Part shown: positions 7,490 to 10,175 of the stretch, one piece after another
Layout: each line of letters starts with the position of its first letter
How positions within the stretch are numbered: position 1 is the stretch's first letter
Source of the DNA: a virus
Lineage: Duplodnaviria; Heunggongvirae; Uroviricota; Caudoviricetes
IMG/VR virus record: IMGVR_UViG_2703718840_000003
Span: 1 to 10,175 of that record
Reading direction: 5' to 3' (one strand)
Length of the DNA: 10,175 nt
The notes under the pieces: generated by a model
The model's input: the letters and a program-made list of their open reading frames with translations, nothing else
Database searches by the model: none
Told to the model about the DNA's origin: nothing
Translations under genes and position numbers: made by a program

Positions 7490-8100
7490 CAGTAAAACTC
7501 CAGAATGGTGGATGTCAGCGGGGTGCTGATACCGGCGGTGAGTGGCTCATTTAACAGGGCGTGCATGGTCGCCCAGGCGAGGTCGGCGTGGCTGGCTTCC
7601 TCGCTGCGGCTGGCCTCATAGGTGGCACTGCGTCCGCTGCTGGTCATGGTCTTGCGGATAGCCATAAACGAGCTGGTGATGTCGGTGGCGCTGACGTCAT
7701 ATTCCAGACAGCCACGGCGGATAACGTCTTTTGCCTTGAGCACCATTGCGGTTTTCATTTCCGGCGTGTAGCGGATATCGCGCGCGGCGGGATAGAACGA
7801 GCGCACGAGCTGGAACACGCCGACACCGAGGCCGGTGGCATCAATCCCGATGTATTCAACGTTATATTTTTCGGTGAGTTTGCGGATGGATTCCGCCTGG
7901 GTGGCAAAGTCCATGCCTTTCCACTGGTGACGCTCAAGTATTCTGAATTTGCCACCGGCCACCACCGGCGGTGCCAGCACCACGCATCCGGCGCTGTCGC
8001 CACGGTGTGACGGGTCGTAACCAATCCATACCGGGCGGGAGCCGAACGGATTGGCGGCAAACGGCGCATAGTCTTCCCATTCTTCCAGCGTGTCGACCAT
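7489..8100 (-). pseudogene. P: Terminase large (ATPase) subunit gpP, C-terminal nuclease-domain fragment only
   Basis: 203-aa minus ORF with an RNase-H-like terminase nuclease signature (VWIGYDPSHRGDSAGCVVLA, YIGIDATGLG, HADLAWATMHAL). P2 gpP is recalled as about 590 aa with an N-terminal ATPase domain; here the frame upstream of Met 8100 runs straight into antisense of the capsid gene, so no Walker A/B region is present. Confidence 0.7.
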
Positions 8101-8106
8101 GCAGCG

Positions 8107-9141
8107 TTGCAGCTCCTCGAACTGAACGGCATCGACGCCGGTGATGTGTCGAAAAAATTCACCGTTGAACCGTCGGTCACCCAGACCCTGATGAACACCA
8201 TGCAGGAGTCCTCTGATTTTCTGACCCGCATCAACATTGTGCCGGTCAGCGAAATGAAAGGGGAAAAAATTGGTATTGGTGTCACCGGCTCCATCGCCAG
8301 CACCACCGACACCGCCGGTGGCACCGAGCGTCAGCCGAAGGACTTCTCGAAGCTGGCGTCAAACAAGTACGAATGCGACCAGATTAACTTCGATTTTTAT
8401 ATCCGCTACAAAACGCTTGACCTGTGGGCGCGTTATCAGGATTTCCAGCTCCGTATCCGTAACGCCATTATCAAACGCCAGTCCCTTGATTTCATCATGG
8501 CCGGTTTTAACGGCGTGAAGCGTGCCGAAACCTCTGACCGCAGCAGCAATCCGATGCTGCAGGATGTGGCGGTCGGCTGGCTGCAGAAATACCGCAATGA
8601 AGCCCCGGCGCGCGTGATGAGCAAGGTTACTGACGAGGAAGGTCACACCACCTCTGAGGTCATCCGCGTGGGTAAGGGCGGTGATTATGCCAGCCTCGAT
8701 GCACTGGTGATGGATGCGACCAACAACCTGATTGAGCCGTGGTATCAGGAAGACCCTGACCTTGTGGTGATTGTGGGGCGTCAGCTACTGGCGGACAAGT
8801 ATTTCCCCATCGTCAACAGGGAGCAGGACAACAGCGAAATGCTGGCCGCTGACGTCATCATCAGCCAGAAACGCATCGGTAACCTGCCGGCGGTACGCGT
8901 CCCGTACTTCCCGGCGGATGCGATGCTCATCACGAAGCTGGAAAACCTGTCCATCTACTACATGGATGACAGCCATCGCCGCGTGATTGAGGAAAACCCG
9001 AAACTCGACCGCGTGGAGAACTACGAGTCAATGAACATTGATTACGTGGTGGAAGACTACGCCGCCGGTTGTCTGGTGGAAAAAATTAAGGTCGGTGATT
9101 TCTCCACACCGGCTAAAGCGACCGCAGAGCCGGGAGCGTAA
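8107..9141 (+). CDS. N: Major capsid protein gpN, apparently 5'-truncated at a junction with the P fragment
   Basis: 344 aa from TTG 8107 to stop TAA 9139-9141; recognised as P2-type major capsid protein (recalled full length 357 aa). No upstream ATG/GTG and no SD; the in-frame sequence upstream is antisense of P. The native start and roughly the first 13-17 codons appear missing. Confidence 0.8.
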   Translation: MQLLELNGIDAGDVSKKFTVEPSVTQTLMNTMQESSDFLTRINIVPVSEMKGEKIGIGVTGSIASTTDTAGGTERQPKDFSKLASNKYECDQINFDFYIRYKTLDLWARYQDFQLRIRNAIIKRQSLDFIMAGFNGVKRAETSDRSSNPMLQDVAVGWLQKYRNEAPARVMSKVTDEEGHTTSEVIRVGKGGDYASLDALVMDATNNLIEPWYQEDPDLVVIVGRQLLADKYFPIVNREQDNSEMLAADVIISQKRIGNLPAVRVPYFPADAMLITKLENLSIYYMDDSHRRVIEENPKLDRVENYESMNIDYVVEDYAAGCLVEKIKVGDFSTPAKATAEPGA

Positions 9142-9144
9142 CCG

Positions 9145-9888
9145 ATGACGAGTCCCGCACAGCGCCACATGATGCGGGTCTCGGCAGCGATGACCGCGCA
9201 GCGGGAAGCCTCCCCGCTGCGACATGCAACTGTCTATGAGCAGATGCTGGTTAAGCTGGCCGCAGACCAGCGCACACTGAAAGCGATTTATTCAAAAGAG
9301 CTGAAGGCCGCAAAAAAACGCGAACTGCTGCCGTTCTGGTTGCCGTGGGTGAACGGCGTGCTGGAGCAGGGCAAAGGTGCACAGGATGACATTCTGATGA
9401 CGGTCATGCTGTGGCGTCTGGATACCGGCGATATTGCCGGTGCGCTGGAGATTGCCCGTTATGCCCTGAAGTACGGTCTGACCATGCCGGGTAAACACCG
9501 CCGTACCCCGCCGTACATGTTCACCGAGGAGGTGGCGCTCGCGGCCATGCGCGCTCACGCTGCCGGTGAGTCTGTGGATACCCGCCTGCTGACGGAGACC
9601 CTTGAACTGACCGCCACGGCTGACATGCCTGATGAAGTGCGCGCAAAGCTGCACAAAATTACCGGTCTGTTTCTGCGTGACGGTGGTGATGCCGCCGGTG
9701 CGCTGGCGCACCTGCAACGTGCGACACAGCTCGACTGTCAGGCAGGCGTCAAAAAAGAGATTGAACGACTGGAGCGGGAGCTGAAACCGAAGCCGGAGCC
9801 GCAGCCAAAAGCGGCCACCCGCGCCCCGCATAAGACCCGGAGCGTGACACCGGCAAAACGTGGACGCCCGAAAAAGAAAGCCAGTTAA
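9145..9888 (+). CDS. M: Terminase small (endonuclease) subunit gpM
   Basis: 247-aa ORF, ATG 9145 three nt after the N stop, stop TAA 9886-9888. Length and position match P2 gpM; basic C-terminal tail (KRGRPKKKAS). Confidence 0.88.
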   Translation: MTSPAQRHMMRVSAAMTAQREASPLRHATVYEQMLVKLAADQRTLKAIYSKELKAAKKRELLPFWLPWVNGVLEQGKGAQDDILMTVMLWRLDTGDIAGALEIARYALKYGLTMPGKHRRTPPYMFTEEVALAAMRAHAAGESVDTRLLTETLELTATADMPDEVRAKLHKITGLFLRDGGDAAGALAHLQRATQLDCQAGVKKEIERLERELKPKPEPQPKAATRAPHKTRSVTPAKRGRPKKKAS

Positions 9889-9987
9889 CAACCGAATGCG
9901 CCCCGCGCCAGGGCGGCACGCCGGTCAGTGAGGGTGAATCACCTGACACTGCACCGGCGTCCACCGCCCGACTTTTCAGAGGTAGTC

Positions 9988-10175
9988 ATGATGACGCTGA
10001 TTATTCCGCGAAAGGAGGCTCCCGTGTCCGGTGAGGGTACGGTGGTCATCCCGCAACCGGCAGGCGACGAGCCGGTGATTAAAAACACGTTCTTTTTTCC
10101 CGATATCGACCCGAAGCGCGTCCGGGAACGTATGCGCCTTGAGCAGACCGTCGCCCCCGCCCGTCTGCGTGAGGC
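9988..10175 (+). CDS. L: Head completion/stabilisation protein gpL, N-terminal part (runs off the window)
   Basis: ATG 9988 (MMTLIIPRKEAPVSGEGTVVIPQPAGDEPVIKNTFFFPDIDPKRVRERMRLEQT...) preceded by AGAGGT at 9977-9982; open to the window end. Position after M matches P2 gene order O-N-M-L. Confidence 0.8.
   Translation, partial: MMTLIIPRKEAPVSGEGTVVIPQPAGDEPVIKNTFFFPDIDPKRVRERMRLEQTVAPARLRE

Noticed and set aside
6647-7495. Track ORFs inside portal gene Q (6647-7105 +, 6928-7407 -, 7220-7495 +)
   Set aside because: Antisense or out-of-frame relative to Q; no independent support.
7561-8324. Track ORFs 7561-8010 (+) and 7755-8324 (-) around the P/N junction
   Set aside because: Antisense or alternate frame of the terminase fragment and capsid gene; low-complexity W/R/S/P-rich translations.
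8270-9225. Track ORFs nested in capsid gene N (8270-8518 +, 8359-8646 -, 8436-8624 -, 8771-8986 +, 8785-8976 -, 9028-9225 -)
   Set aside because: Alternate-frame or antisense ORFs within a recognised capsid gene.
9292-9964. Minus-strand ORFs 9292-9891 and 9749-9964 opposite gene M
   Set aside because: Antisense to gpM in GC-rich DNA; translations look like non-coding frames.
9889-9987. GC-rich M-L intergenic spacer (gcgccccgcgccagggcggcacgcc) as a possible hairpin/terminator
   Set aside because: No clean inverted repeat with a following T-tract could be paired by eye.
1-10175. CRISPR arrays, tRNA/rRNA genes, integrase or att sites, toxin-antitoxin pairs
   Set aside because: No spaced direct repeats, cloverleaf-like tRNA sequences or recombinase ORFs seen; the window is internal to the prophage, not at its attachment-site ends.

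Overview
The window reads as part of a P2-family (phage P2 / 186-like) prophage from an enterobacterial host. Left to right: the end of the early replication operon (three small translationally coupled ORFs, including a TraR/DksA-type zinc-finger protein, then the rolling-circle replication initiator gpA, 883-3156); an AT-rich accessory island of about 3 kb (roughly 3160-6140, about 25-30% GC by eye against 50-58% in the flanks) carrying one 864-aa minus-strand gene with an N-terminal SIR2-like domain and a long helical C-terminal domain; a 19-nt match to the P2 cohesive-end (cos) sequence; then late morphogenesis genes (portal Q, a C-terminal fragment of terminase P, capsid N lacking its 5' end, terminase small subunit M, start of L). 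The main candidate is the SIR2-domain gene, which sits in the slot P2 uses for tin/old, a known anti-phage defence hotspot; it looks like a single-gene NAD-depleting defence protein whose C-terminal domain I cannot assign to a known family from sequence alone. Separately, P and N appear fused head-to-head with gene O and the late promoter region absent, suggesting a packaging-defective prophage or an assembly artefact. All family assignments rest on reading the translations and on recall of P2 biology; no database search was run.
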